Assembly: GCA_964016885.1 (NCBI GenBank)
Contig: OZ024759.1
Span: 7,750,001 to 7,814,000 of the forward strand
Direction: 5' to 3'
Source of the DNA: Eledone cirrhosa
Lineage: Eukaryota
DNA length: 64,000 nucleotides
Below are positions 26,346 to 44,300 of this stretch, piece after piece (the first letter of the stretch is position 1; each line of letters starts with the position of its first letter). The position numbers were made by a program, and so were the translations under genes. Below the pieces are notes generated by a model that saw only the letters and a program-made list of their open reading frames with translations, searched no databases and was not told the DNA's origin.

Positions 26346-26811
26346 GAATCTATGAGATTTTTATATTTATTTTGTGAACAATACCTTAACATCAGTAAGA
26401 GTGGCTGGTTATAGCCAGTCTGAACCGAAAGAGGTGAGAGAATTCTGGCTGGATATGGCCAGTTTAAATGCTAAAGGGTTATCTAGCACAGGGCAGTACA
26501 AATGGGTGTTTCTGCATGTAAAAACAAATACAGAAAACAAAAACAAAGGATATAACAAAAAAAAAAGAAACAAAGAAAAATTCCTCAATAGGGGGGAAAC
26601 TTTGAAGGGACACTCCTGGAGGAAACCCATTTAAAAAGACACGCTGACCCTGACCACCAGGGCAAGTGTTCTCTCCCAGTTTTCTCTCCCAGTTTTCCAT
26701 TTACAGGTGCATATTCCGAGCAGGCCCTCTCTCACCCATCTTTCAACAAATTGCTAGGAAGGGATCACTTCATTCTCCACCCTGATTTTCCTTTTCAAAT
26801 GGAATTTGAAA

Positions 26812-28140
26812 TAATAATTGTTGCTACTTTTGGCACAAGGCCAGCAATTACTCAGTAAATTACTGGTACTTTATTTTATCGACCCCGTAAGGATGAAAGG
26901 CAAAGTTAACCTCGACGGGATTTGAACTCAGAATGGCAAGGGCTGTAACTCTATGCGACAAAGCATGGCGTCCGACCTTCTACCGATACTGCCAATCCAC
27001 CGCCCTAACATGGTGTCCGACCCTCTACCGATACTGCCAATCCACCGCCCTAACATGGCGTCCGACCCTCTACCGATACTGCCAATCCACCACCCTAACA
27101 TGGCGTCCACCCCTCTACCGATACTGCCAATCCACCACCCTAACATGGTGTCCGACCCTCTACCGATACTGCCAATCCACCGCCCTAACATGGCGTCCGA
27201 CCCTCTACCGATACTGCCAATCCACCACCCTAACATGGTGTCCGACCCTCTACCGATACTGCCAATCCACCGCCCTAACATGGCGTCCGACCCTCTACCG
27301 ATACTGCCAATCCACCGCCCTAACATGGTGTCCGACCCTCTACCGATACTGCCAATCCACCACCCTAACATGGCGTCCGACCCTCTACCGATACTGCCAA
27401 TCCACTGCCCTTATTTGTAATAATAATAATAATTGTTTCTACTTTTAGGCACAAGGCCAGCAATTTTAAGGGTGTGGGAGAGTCGATTAGATTGACCCCA
27501 GTGCATTACTGGTACTTTATTTTAGCAACCCTGTAAGGATAAAAGGCAAAGTTAATCTCGGCTGAGTTCAAATCCTGACAAGATTAACCTTGACTTTCAT
27601 CTTTACAGAGTTGCTAAAATAAAATACCAGTAATACACTTGGTTAATTACTGGCCTTGTACTAAAAGTAGAAACAATTATTATTATTCTTATAACAAGGC
27701 GGTGGATTGGCAGTATCGGTAGAGAGTCGGACGCCATGCTTTGCAGCATAGAGTTACGGCCCTTTATGATCTGAGTTCAAATCCCGCCGAGGTTAACTTT
27801 GCCTTTCATCCTTACGGGGTCGATAAAATAAAGCACCAGTAATACACTGGGGTAATTGCTGGGCCGTGTGCCAAAAGTAGAAACAATTATTATTATTATT
27901 ACGGTCACCTAGCAACTGATTGCTAGAGAAACCTTACAAAACGGGGAAGAAATTATTATTATTATTATTATTATTACAGTAGTTTGGCAGTGTCGGACGC
28001 CATGCTTTGCAGCATAGAGTTACGTCCCTTTATGATCCGAGGTTAGCTTTGCCTTTCATCCTTACGGGGTCGATAAAATAAAGTACCAGTAATACACTGG
28101 GTAATTGCTGGCCTTGTGCCAAAAGTAGAAACAAGTATTG
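26812..28140. mobile_element. Cluster of at least five SINE family 2 copies in both orientations
   Basis: Repeated gagttcaaatcccgccgaggttaactttgcctttcatccttacggggtcgataaaataaagtaccag...tgccaaaagtagaaacaattattatt; fullest copy at 27698-27900 (+). Confidence 0.85.
26964..27409. repeat. 45-bp tandem array, about 10 copies, SINE-head derived
   Basis: Unit CATGGCGTCCGACCCTCTACCGATACTGCCAATCCACCGCCCTAA is the reverse complement of the SINE 5' end at 27698-27739. Confidence 0.93.
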
Positions 28141-28639
28141 TTATAACATACAATCAGTGACACATCTGTTCTGCTAGTTCATGGTTGTATGGTTAAGATG
28201 GGTCTATACAACCATGACTTGTTGTGGGAGGGGGGGGGGGGGGCATATGGTGGTGGTGGCGGTGGGGGGGGGGGGGGGGCATATGGTGGTGGTGGCGGTG
28301 GTGGTGTGGGGGGGGGGGGGCATATGGTGGTAGTAGTTGGGGGGAGGGTAAACATAGTGGTGGTGGTTGTGGTGGTGGTGGGGATGGTGGTGGCATATGG
28401 TGGTGGTGGTGTGGTGTGGTGGGGGTGGTGGTGGCATATGGTGGTGGTGGTGTGGTGTGGTGGGGGTGGTGGTGGCATATGGTGGTAGTATTAACCCTAG
28501 AAAAACAATCAGCTTATTCCACCGTTCTTGGAAACCTTCTGTATTCGATCTTTTCATGTGTGTTTATTGTGTACTCATGTATACACACCTTCTCTATATG
28601 TATACACACCTTCTCTATATGTATACATTCAACATGAGC

Positions 28640-32878
<4,239 letters not shown>

Positions 32879-32879
32879 T

Positions 32880-33545
32880 ATACTTTGAGAGGGTCATGTT
32901 GCTAATAAGAAACACACGCACCAGTTGCTTTCACTTCAATTTATAAATATGTAAGCTATTTCACCTCTAGGGGTTGTATCGATGAACATTACACTCTGGT
33001 ATTTATTGCTATCATACCATGAGTTTATTCTATTGGCCTTATTCCTAGTTCTTTCTATTCTATTCCAAAATTTGCTCCTATATACAAGGGGCAGGTCCCA
33101 TTTGTGTCATTATTTACCATTTTTTCCCATTTGGTTCAGGCTCCTCTATACACTCTGAGAATTGCATACGGTGGATGAAGTGTTGTATGTGTCTCTCTAG
33201 TTCTTTGGGGTTGCGCATGCGGGAGATGTTTCTCATCACCCGTACCAAATCCGCAATCAGTATGTTGATTTTGGTATGGTCCGAAACAGCCGAGTTTCGG
33301 TGGATCAGATGTTTGGAAGTCATGGGTTTGGCATGATGGGAATGGAGGATTTGTTTTTTTGTTATTAATGGTATCTAACCAGAGCTCTGTGTCTAGTACA
33401 GGTAATCGGTGGTTGGGGTGTTTGCTTGGGTAGTCTATATTAACTCTAATGCTCTGGTGGATGGAGTTTGCTATTTGCTGGATGCTTTCCATTGTGTTTT
33501 TCTCTAGTTCCTGACTGTTCTCTAGTGGGGTGTCTTAACTACGAT
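32880..33545 (-). mobile_element. Penelope-like RT fragment (second PLE lineage)
   Basis: IANSIH.SI.V.IDYPSKHPNHRLPVLD, then after a frameshift KPMTSKHLIHRNSA...KINIL..DLVR..RN. Flanked by (TA)n. Confidence 0.7.
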
Positions 33546-33585
33546 GTTTATATATGTTATATATCTATATTATATATATATTATA

Positions 33586-33787
33586 GATGCCAGTTGAAGG
33601 AAGACGTGGTAGAGGTAGACCACGAAAAACATGGGCGGAGGTGGTGAGAACAGACCTCAGATCATTGAAGCTCATGGTGGAGATGACGAGGGACCGTGAC
33701 GAGTGGAGAGATGCTGTGCTGAATAAGACCCGTCCCACCCTTGCAAGCAGGGAAAAGCGGACGTAAAATGATGATGATGATGATGAT
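33586..33787 (+). mobile_element. RTE family B 3' end
   Basis: Near-identical to 60397-60607; (GAT)n tail. Confidence 0.9.
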
Positions 33788-33832
33788 GTTATAGATATAT
33801 ATTATATATTATATATATATATTATATATATT

Positions 33833-34200
33833 ATCATCATCATCATCATCAACGTTTAACGTCCGTGTTCCATGCTTGCATGGGTTTGGACGGGGGTAGT
33901 CCCACTTGAGGCAAGAGTGATTTTCTTGCTCGCATAGGACTGTCTGGCAGGTTTTCTACAGTTGGATGCCCTTCCTAACACCAACCACATTTACAGTGTG
34001 GGTCTGGGAGGTTTTTACCGTGTTGCCTACACGGCCACATTACAGCGTGGACTGTGTGTTTTTTTGTCGTGACACCTACACGATCTCATTTGTTTCAGCC
34101 TGGATGGCGCGGCACCAACATAACTTTACATAGAACAGGGCGGTGTGGATGGGGTGGGGGTGGTGGTGGTGGGACGGGGTGTATTTTGTTAGAGATGCCT
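33833..34200 (-). mobile_element. RTE family A 3' UTR
   Basis: Reverse complement of 6015-6378. Confidence 0.9.
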
Positions 34201-34479
34201 ATATATATATTATATATATATATATTATATATATATATATTATATATATATATATTATATATATTATATATCTATATTATATATATATTATATATATATA
34301 TTATACATATTATATATCTATATTATATATATATTATATATATATATATTATATATATATATATTATATATATTATATATCTATATTATATATATATTAT
34401 ATATATATATTATACATATTATATATCTATATTATATATATATTATATATATATATATTATACATATATATATATATAT

Positions 34480-34511
<32 letters not shown>

Positions 34512-34662
34512 ATATTATACATATTATTTATATATATTATATATATATATATATTATACATATTATATATATATATATTATATATATATATATTATATAT
34601 ATATATATATTATACATATTATATATATATATTATATATATATATATTATACATATTATATA

Positions 34663-34704
<42 letters not shown>

Positions 34705-35018
34705 CATATTATATATATATATTATATATATATATATATATTATATATATATATATTATACATATTATATATATATATTATATATATATATATTATACAT
34801 ATTATATATATATATTATATATATATATATATATTATATATATATATATTATACATATTATATATATATATTATATATATATATATATATATTATACATA
34901 TTATATATATTATACATATTATATATATATATTATATATATATATATATATATATTATACATATTATATATATTATACATATTATATATATATATTATAT
35001 ATATATATATATATATTA

Positions 35019-35050
<32 letters not shown>

Positions 35051-35461
35051 CTATCTATCTAAGGCGAGTAAAATTCCCGAGATCCATGGACGAGTTCTCT
35101 CCAGCGGTCTCTGTCCCTCATTATCGCTGCCATGTCCTGCGTCTCCAACAGACCAGTGTCTGTCCTTAGGGCATCAACATACGTTAACCTTGGTCTTCCT
35201 CTTCTAGTGTGTCCATGTAGGGGCTCCCACAGGAGCACTGAGTGCAATGTCAACTCTGGATGTCGGTGAGCATGTCCAGCTAACCTCAGTCTCCTCTGTG
35301 TCACTGAGGATTTGATATTATATATATATATTATATATTATATATATATATATTATATATATATATATTATATATAATATATTATATATATATATTATAT
35401 ATATTATATATTATATATATTATATATATATATTATATATATATTATATATATATATATAT

Positions 35462-35495
<34 letters not shown>

Positions 35496-35678
35496 ATATT
35501 ATATATAATATATTATATATATATATTATATATATTATATATTATATATATTATATATATATATTATATATTATATATATATTATATATATATATTATAT
35601 ATATATATTATATATATTATATATTATATATATATATTATATATATATATTATATATATATATATATAATATATATAG
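34200..35678. repeat. (TA)n tracts interrupted by a LINE fragment
   Basis: Direct inspection. Confidence 0.95.
35059..35312 (-). mobile_element. RTE-clade LINE C-terminal fragment
   Basis: QRRLRLAGHAHRHPE...LLWEP.HG..RRGRPRLTYVD...MRDRDRWR. Confidence 0.85.
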
Positions 35679-35782
35679 ATAAGTTCAAAGACTATATATA
35701 GTAAGTTGAGGTTTTCAGTAAAGTTTGGTGCTATGGTGAACTAGTGTGTAAAAGTACTATCAATAATGACACCACTACCACC

Positions 35783-35825
<43 letters not shown>

Positions 35826-36037
35826 ATATTAGTAATTTCTTGCATTCAACACAAGACCTTAAGGATAACGCTGATGGTGGTGTGCGAGATAAAGACTATA
35901 TCACAGGTATGGCTAAGGTGGGGTTTGATTACATGGTCTCCCAAGGTTGACATGGGGTGGTGGTGGAGGTGGGGGTGTTATGAGGGGACTCACCTATGAT
36001 AAAGCTCTTTCTTCTTCTTAACACTTATGTCAGAGAT

Positions 36038-36882
36038 ACACACACACACATATATATAGAGATACACAAACACAAGCACACAGATACATACAAACACACA
36101 CACACACATAGAGATACACAAACACCCAAGCACACAGATACATACAAACACACACATACACATAGAGATACACAAACACACAAGCACACAGATACATACA
36201 AACACACACATACACATACACAAACACACAAGCACACAGATACATACAAACACACACACACACATAGAGATACACAAACACACAAGCACACACACACACA
36301 CACACATACATATATATATACTCACCCCTTTCCACAATGGAAAATGGACATAAGATGATGATGATGATGACATACACACACACGTCTCTCTCTCTCCCTC
36401 TCTCACTCTCTCACTCTCTCTCTCACTCTCTCTCTCACTCTCTCACTCTCACTCTCACACTCTCTCTCACTCTCTCTCACTCTCTCTCTCTCTCACTCTC
36501 TATCTCTCTCTCTCTTCCTTATACACACAACACACACACGTCTCTCTCTCTCCCTCTCTCACTCTCTCACTCTCACACTCTCTCTCTCACTCTCTCACTC
36601 TCACTCTCACACTCTCTCTCACTCTCTCTCACTCTCTCTCACTCTCTCTCACTCTCTCTCTCTCTCACTCTCTCTCTCTCACTCTCTATCTCTCTCTCTC
36701 TTCCTTATACACACAACACACACACGTCTCTCTCTCTCCCTCTCCATATTTAGCTACACACATACATACAAGTAGATATATATTTAAATATATACACACA
36801 CTTTCTCTCTCACTCTCTCTCTCTCTCTCTCTCTCACTCTCTCTCACTCACTCTCTCTCTCTCACTCACTCTCTCTCTCTCA

Positions 36883-36920
<38 letters not shown>

Positions 36921-37059
36921 TTCACTCTCTCTCTCTCACTTTCTCTCACTCTCTCACTCACTCACTCTCTCTCTCTCACTCACTCTCTCTCTCTCACTTT
37001 CTCTCACTCTCTCACTCACTCTCTCTCTGTTCCTTATACACACAACACACACACACACA

Positions 37060-37094
<35 letters not shown>

Positions 37095-37095
37095 A
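36038..37095. repeat. CA-rich and CT-rich compound microsatellites
   Basis: Direct inspection. Confidence 0.93.
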
Positions 37096-37514
37096 TACAT
37101 ATGGTACAGTTATTATTGACTTTGTCTTTTCAGAGATTGGTTCATCCCAGATTCCAGTTGGTCCCTGATTCTTCACTTTGGATATTTCTTCCATTTGGAA
37201 CCTGAACAATTTTAAATCTCTTCCTCCCTCATTCCTTTTTAAAAAATCTAATTTAATTTAATTTAATTTTTTATTTGAATTTTTTCTAAAAATTATTTTA
37301 AAAAAAAACTTCCATTAAAAAAAAAAAAGACTCCCCGTCTTTCATCTGGTAAAAAAGACCCCCTCCCTGCCAACTTTTCACACCCTTTCCATTCTTTGTC
37401 CTTTTTGGACTCGTATTACTTAGCTTCTTCCTTCCACGACCACCATCACAGACTAGGATTCCTCAGTATCTCCTTGGAACTACTACAACCAGCAGTACTA
37501 CAGTCAGCGCCACG

Positions 37515-37622
37515 ATGACTCTGATGGAACTGAAGAAAGTGGGTCTCTATGACCCAGAATTTGAAAAGGATTCCTGTGGTGTTGGATATGTGGTCAGCAT
37601 TGATGGCATTCCATCTAACCAG
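37515..37622 (+). CDS. GLT1: Glutamate synthase (GOGAT) first coding exon; N-terminal GATase type II domain
   Basis: Hand translation MTLMELKKVGLYDPEFEKDSCGVGYVVSIDGIPSNQ matches the GLYDP..E.D.CGVG motif, which contains the Ntn catalytic Cys. Ends CAG|GTGAGC (phase 0). An in-frame TAA at 37350 and no other in-frame ATG upstream. Confidence 0.93.
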
Positions 37623-37731
37623 GTGAGCTATAGCATGTGTGTGTGTGGCTGTTTATCTGTGAGTGTGTGTATGTGAGCTTATGTATGTGTATATATATAT
37701 ATATGTGTGCGAGTGTGTGTGTATATATATG

Positions 37732-40336
37732 TCATCATCGTTTAACGTCTATCTTCCATGCTAGCATGGGTTAGACAGTAATTGTCTCACTTGAGGCAAG
37801 ATTGGTCGGGTGACCGTGTCTTGCTCTTATAGGACTGTCTGGCAGGTTTTCTACGGCTGGATGCCCTTCCTAACACCAACCACATTTACAGTGTGGACTG
37901 GGAGCTGTTTTACCGTGTCACCGACACAACTACTTTACAGTTTGGACTGGGTGCTTTTTGTCACGACACCTACACAACCTCTTTAGTTTGGACAGGATGT
38001 TGTGGTACCAACATAACTTTACAGAGAAAGGGGGGTGGGAGTGGGAGGATGGAGTAGGGGATGTGGGGTGGGGTGTATATTTGGTTAAGAGGGGGCCTAC
38101 TGACTGAAGGTTTCACTTTGTATGTAAGGAAAGGTGGGTCTTCTGTATTACTGTGTAGCGCCAAACATCTCGATCCAGTGACATTGTCTTAGAGAGGTGT
38201 AAGTGTGCAAGGTCAGATTTTATCACCTCGTCCCAGGTTTTTCAAGCTTCCATCAATTTTGATTGCTCTGCAGTTTTTTTATACAGCTGTCGTCTTTCAT
38301 GCGCATCACGTGACCATACCAACGTAGTCTTCTCTCCAGTAAACAGCATCTGATCCCTCTTATTCCTAATTTTTCACTTAGTTTGTTTGTTTTGCTGTTC
38401 ACATATATTACTATTACACATCCAACGGCGCATGCATGCTTCGTTCCTTTCCAGTCTGCGCAGGTCCTCTGCACGTAATGCCCATGTCTCACTGCAATGT
38501 AGCATTGCTGTTCGTACACAGGCATCATACAATCTGCCTTTCATTTTTAGAGAGAAACCTTTTGTGGCCAACAGCGGTATAAGCTCTCTAAACTTTTTCC
38601 ATCCCGTTCTGACTCTGGCTACAGTACTTTCAGAACACCCTCCACCACTGCTGATTTTGTCACCCAGGTAACGGAAAGTGTCCACTATTTCTATAGAACC
38701 ATCTGGGCAGTTGAAGGAGCTAGTATCCTGTGGACACTTGCTACTTATTGCATTTGCTACCTATTGCACCTGAGCATCGGCCACATATAAAATCTACATT
38801 CTTAGATAGCTTACCTGTGATCCCACTACATCTTTTATGTACCCATACTTTGCATTTGGGACATAAAATGGAATTGCTACCTACTCCTTTCCTACACACT
38901 GAGCATGGCCATTTCCCAGATGGGACCTGTGCCCTATTCTCCTTCCTACAAACTAGAACTTTAGTCTTAGACAAGTTAACTTTAAGGCCTTTTGATTCAA
39001 GGCCATGCTTCCATGTTTGGAACTTCTTCTCTAGTTCAGCCATAGATTCAGCTATGAGAGTTAGATCATCTGCATATAGGAGTTCCCATGGGCAGCCAGT
39101 CTTGAACTCCTCTGTTATAACCTGAAGGGCAATAATAAATAGGAGGGGGCTAAGGACAGAGCCTTGATGATCACTAACTTTTACGCTAAATTCTTCACTA
39201 TATTCATTGTTAATTCTAACCTTGCTGACTGTTTCTTTATACATGGTTTGTATAGCTCTCACAAGCCATTCATCTATACCTAGTTTTCTAAGGGCCCATC
39301 AGATAATGGAGCAGGGGACTCTGTCAAAGGCTTTCTCCAAGTCAACAAAAGCTAAGTAGAGGGGTTTACTTTTAGCTAGGTACTTCTCCTGTAGTTGTCG
39401 TACAAGGAAAAGAGCATCTGTGGTTCTTTTACCTGACACAAACCCAAACTGCATTTCATCTAGATCAATTTGCTCTCTGATTAGTTGTGCTATAACTCTT
39501 TCTGTGACCTTCTTGACCTGGTCAACTAACTTAATGCCTCTATAGTTTCCCCTATGTAGAGCATCTCCTTTACCCTTGTAGCAGTTAATGATGATGCTGC
39601 TACACCAGTCTTTTGGTATGACCCCATTCTGTATTAATTGATTTACTATCCGGGAGACCATAGTGTGTCCCACCATTCCAGATGCTTTCAACATCTCAGC
39701 AACTATCTCCGAAGGCCCAGCTGCCTTGCCTGTCTTCATATCTCTGATTGCCTTACTTATTATACTACCTTCAACTTGCACTGCTGGTCCCTCTATTGGA
39801 TCGATGTGGGGCAGACTATCTTTTTCCCATTTATGTTCCTCATTTAGTAGCCTTTCGTAGTGACACTTCCAAGCTACCTTCTTATCAGCGTCAGTGATGG
39901 CAAGTACACCATCATCATTATGGACACACTTCTCCCCGACAATATCACGGTTTTCCTTGACACATTGTCTAGCAATCCTGAACACCTCACATTTTTGGTC
40001 CTCGCATTGTAGCACATGCTTGAACTTTCTATCCTCTGCTTCCCTTCTTGCGAAGTACACTTGTCTCCTAGCTTCCCTCCTGGTCACTTGATAGTCTTCT
40101 CTACTTCCCCCATCCTGCCATTCTTTCCAAGCCTGCTTTTTGGCCTTGATTGTCTCTTCCACCTTACTGTTCCACCACCAAGTTACTCTCCTCGTGCCTA
40201 AAGGTCTCTCCCAGCCACAGATTTCATCAGTCGCCTTCATCAGGTTAATTTTCAGGAATTCCCACTGTTCCTCTATATTGTATGTCTCTAATTGCTCTTC
40301 CTTACTGTTAAAAACATCAAGTAATATGCTTTTAAA
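37732..40336 (-). mobile_element. RTE family A-related LINE, decayed, antisense in GOGAT intron 1
   Basis: ORF pieces 39299-40240, 38741-39262 and 38374-38685 are collinear with the 705-aa ORF. Stops and frameshifts; 3' UTR with (GAT) tail. Confidence 0.93.
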
Positions 40337-40478
40337 TGTGTGTATGTAAAGCAGATATACACAGGGATACAGTGTACCTATTGTAAACTAGATATACACA
40401 GGGATACCGTGTAGTTATTCAATTAAAACCTGTATTATGAATACCTAGTGTCGACTGATATTATTATACCTTATACTA

Positions 40479-40672
40479 GGGCAGGAGATTGGCCGAATCA
40501 GTAGAGCATCGGACACCATATTTTGCAGCATAGAGTTATGGCCCTTTACGTTCTGAGTTCAAATCCTGCCGAGGTTAACCTTGATTTTCATCCTTACGGA
40601 GGTCGATAAAATAAAGTACCAGTAATGCACTGGGATAATTGCTGGCCTTGTGCCTAAAGCAGAGACAATTAT
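40479..40672 (+). mobile_element. SINE family 2 copy
   Basis: Matches 27698-27900; ends about 40 nt before exon 2. Confidence 0.85.
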
Positions 40673-40714
40673 TTTACCTTTCTCTCTTTCCTCTTTTCCT
40701 TTCTTTTCTAACAG

Positions 40715-40845
40715 GTGTTACGAGATTCCCAGACCATGCTGCAGCGGATGGAACACCGAGGTGCATGCGCCTGTGACAATGACACAGGAGATGGCGCTGG
40801 TGTCCTTACTGCCATTCCACACAAACTCTACGAAGAAGACCTCCA
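40715..40845 (+). CDS. GLT1: Glutamate synthase coding exon 2
   Basis: Long pyrimidine tract, then ctaacag|. Translates VLRDSQTMLQRMEHRGACACDNDTGDGAGVLTAIPHKLYEEDL, with the GOGAT HRGA...DGAG motif. Donor CA|GTTAGT (phase 2). Confidence 0.95.
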
Positions 40846-41399
40846 GTTAGTAACATTTCTCTCCTCTCAACTTTCTATATATAAATTTCTGCGATTCTGT
40901 CACAACACACAAAGAGAGAGGAGTAGTTTGACTACCTCATACTACTCCTCTCTCTTTACGTCTGTTGTCTGTGTGAATGTATGTGTGTGTAAAAGGAAGG
41001 AAGGGGGTGGTGAAAAAACATGCAGTGTGTGAGTGTATGTGTATGTTTGTGTAAATGTGTGTGTTTGTGTGTCTGTGTTTGATGTTTATATTTATATATA
41101 TAGATAAATGGATGCACATACACACATATGCGTCAGTGTATGGAAAGACATTCTAGTACTCAATAACGCTTTCTAACATCGACATGATACCAGCCAGCAA
41201 TTTGCAAGGAATAGAGGGCAAAGTCAATCACATCGACCCCAGCACTTTATCATCATCACCATCATCATTATCATTTAACATATATTTTCCATGTTTGCGT
41301 GGGTTGGACAGGTTGTCACGTTATGAGATAAGTTTGGTCTGGATACCACTTCATGTTGCTCATACTCATCTGTATTTTGGCTTGTTTCCTACAGCTAGA

Positions 41400-44300
41400 T
41401 GTCCTTCCTAACACCACGTTACAGTGGGGACAGGGTGTATGGTTTCTAGAGCTGGGTGTCCTTCCTAACACCACGTTACAGTGGGGACAGGGTGTATGGT
41501 TTCTAGAGCTGGGTGTCCTTCCTAACACCACGTTACAGTGGGGACAGGGTGTATGGTTTCTAGAGCTGAGTGTCCTTCCTAACACCACATTACAGTGGGG
41601 ACAGGGTGTATGGTTTCTAGAGCTGGGTGTCCTTCCTAACACCACATTACAGTGGGGACAGGGTGTATGGTTTCTAGAGCTGAGTGTCCTTCCTAACACC
41701 ACATTACAGTGGGGACAGGGTGTATGGTTTCTAGAGCTGGGTGTCCTTCCTAACACCACATTACAGTGGGGACAGGGTGTATGGTTTCTAGAGCTGGGTG
41801 TCCTTCCTAACACCACATTACAGTGGGGACAGGGTGTATGGTTTCTAGAGCTGGGTGTCCTTCCTAACACCACATTACAGTGGGGACAGGGTGTATGGTT
41901 TCTAGAGCTGGGTGTCCTTCCTAACACCACATTACAGTGGGGACAGGGTGTATGGTTTCTAGAGCTGAGTGTCCTTCCTAACACCACATTACAGTGGGGA
42001 CAGGGTGTATGGTTTCTAGAGCTGGGTGTCCTTCCTAACACCACGTTACAGTGGGGACAGGGTGTATGGTTTCTAGAGCTGAGTGTCCTTCCTAACACCA
42101 CATTACAGTGGGGACAGGGTGTATGGTTTCTAGAGCTGGGTGTCCTTCCTAACACCACATTACAGTGGGGACAGGGTGTATGGTTTCTAGAGCTGAGTGT
42201 CCTTCCTAACACCACATTACAGTGGGGACAGGGTGTATGGTTTCTAGAGCTGGGTGTCCTTCCTAACACCACATTACAGTGGGGACAGGGTGTATGGTTT
42301 CTAGAGCTGGGTGTCCTTCCTAACACCACATTACAGTGGGGACAGGGTGTATGGTTTCTAGAGCTGGGTGTCCTTCCTAACACCACGTTACAGTGGGGAC
42401 AGGGTGTATGGTTTCTAGAGCTGGGTGTCCTTCCTAACACCACGTTACAGTGGGGACAGGGTGTATGGTTTCTAGAGCTGGGTGTCCTTCCTAACACCAC
42501 GTTACAGTGGGGACAGGGTGCATGGTTTCTAGAGCTGGGTGTCCTTCCTAACACCACGTTACAGTGGGGACAGGGTGTATGGTTTCTAGAGCTGGGTGTC
42601 CTTCCTAACACCACGTTACAGTGGGGACAGGGTGCATGGTTTCTAGAGCTGGGTGTCCTTCCTAACACCACGTTACCATAGGGACAGGGTGCATGGTTTC
42701 TAGAGCTGGGTGTCCTTCCTAACACCACGTTACAGTGGGGACAGGGTGCATGGTTTCTAGAGCTGGGTGTCCTTCCTAACACCACGTTACCATAGGGACA
42801 GGGTGCATGGTTTCTAGAGCTGGGTGTCCTTCCTAACACCACGTTACAGTGGGGACAGGGTGCATGGTTTCTAGAGCTGGGTGTCCTTCCTAACACCACG
42901 TTACAGTGGGGACAGGGTGTATGGTTTCTAGAGCTGGGTGTCCTTCCTAACACCACGTTACAGTGGGGACAGGGTGTATGGTTTCTAGAGCTGGGTGTCC
43001 TTCCTAACACCACGTTACAGTGGGGACAGGGTGTATGGTTTCTAGAGCTGGGTGTCCTTCCTAACACCACGTTACAGTGGGGACAGGGTGCATGGTTTCT
43101 AGAGCTGGGTGTCCTTCCTAACACCACGTTACAGTGGGGACAGGGTGTATGGTTTCTAGAGCTGGGTGTCCTTCCTAACACCACGTTACAGTGGGGACAG
43201 GGTGCATGGTTTCTAGAGCTGGGTGTCCTTCCTAACACCACGTTACCATAGGGACAGGGTGCATGGTTTCTAGAGCTGGGTGTCCTTCCTAACACCACGT
43301 TACAGTGGGGACAGGGTGCATGGTTTCTAGAGCTGGGTGTCCTTCCTAACACCACGTTACCATAGGGACAGGGTGCATGGTTTCTAGAGCTGGGTGTCCT
43401 TCCTAACACCACGTTACAGTGGGGACAGGGTGCATGGTTTCTAGAGCTGGGTGTCCTTCCTAACACCACGTTACAGTGGGGACAGGGTGCATGGTTTTTA
43501 GAGCTGGGTGTCCTTCCTAACACCACGTTACCATAGGGACAGGGTGCATGGTTTCTAGAGCTGGGTGTCCTTCCTAACACCACGTTACAGTGGGGACAGG
43601 GTGCATGGTTTCTAGAGCTGGGTGTCCTTCCTAACACCACGTTACCATAGGGACAGGGTGCATGGTTTCTAGAGCTGGGTGTCCTTCCTAACACCACGTT
43701 ACAGTGGGGACAGGGTGCATGGTTTCTAGAGCTGGGTGTCCTTCCTAACACCACGTTACCATAGGGACAGGGTGCATGGTTTCTAGAGCTGGGTGTCCTT
43801 CCTAACACCACGTTACAGTGGGGACAGGGTGCATGGTTTCTAGAGCTGGGTGTCCTTCCTAACACCACGTTACCATAGGGACAGGGTGCATGGTTTCTAG
43901 AGCTGGGTGTCCTTCCTAACACCACGTTACAGTGGGGACAGGGTGCATGGTTTCTAGAGCTGGGTGTCCTTCCTAACACCACGTTACAGTGGGGACAGGG
44001 TGCATGGTTTTTAGAGCTGGGTGTCCTTCCTAACACCACGTTACCATAGGGACAGGGTGCATGGTTTCTAGAGCTGGGTGTCCTTCCTAACACCACGTTA
44101 CAGTGGGGACAGGGTGCATGGTTTCTAGAGCTGGGTGTCCTTCCTAACACCACGTTACCATAGGGACAGGGTGCATGGTTTCTAGAGCTGGGTGTCCTTC
44201 CTAACACCACGTTACAGTGGGGACAGGGTGCATGGTTTCTAGAGCTGGGTGTCCTTCCTAACACCACGTTACCATAGGGACAGGGTGCATGGTTTCTAGA

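Noticed and set aside
25486-26414. 24-aa repeat ORFs; also 15-aa repeat ORFs at 26928-27448
   Set aside because: 72-bp and 45-bp tandem arrays, not genes.
26400-26482. piggyBac-like terminus (...GCTAAAGGGTTA), also TTAACCCT at 28491
   Set aside because: No matching partner TIR or complete TTAA duplication could be established.
32945-32995. Possible hammerhead on the - strand near the PLE RT fragment
   Set aside because: GAAA-TAGC-TT-ACAT and a small stem are present, but there is no recognisable CUGANGA/UUGANAA core.
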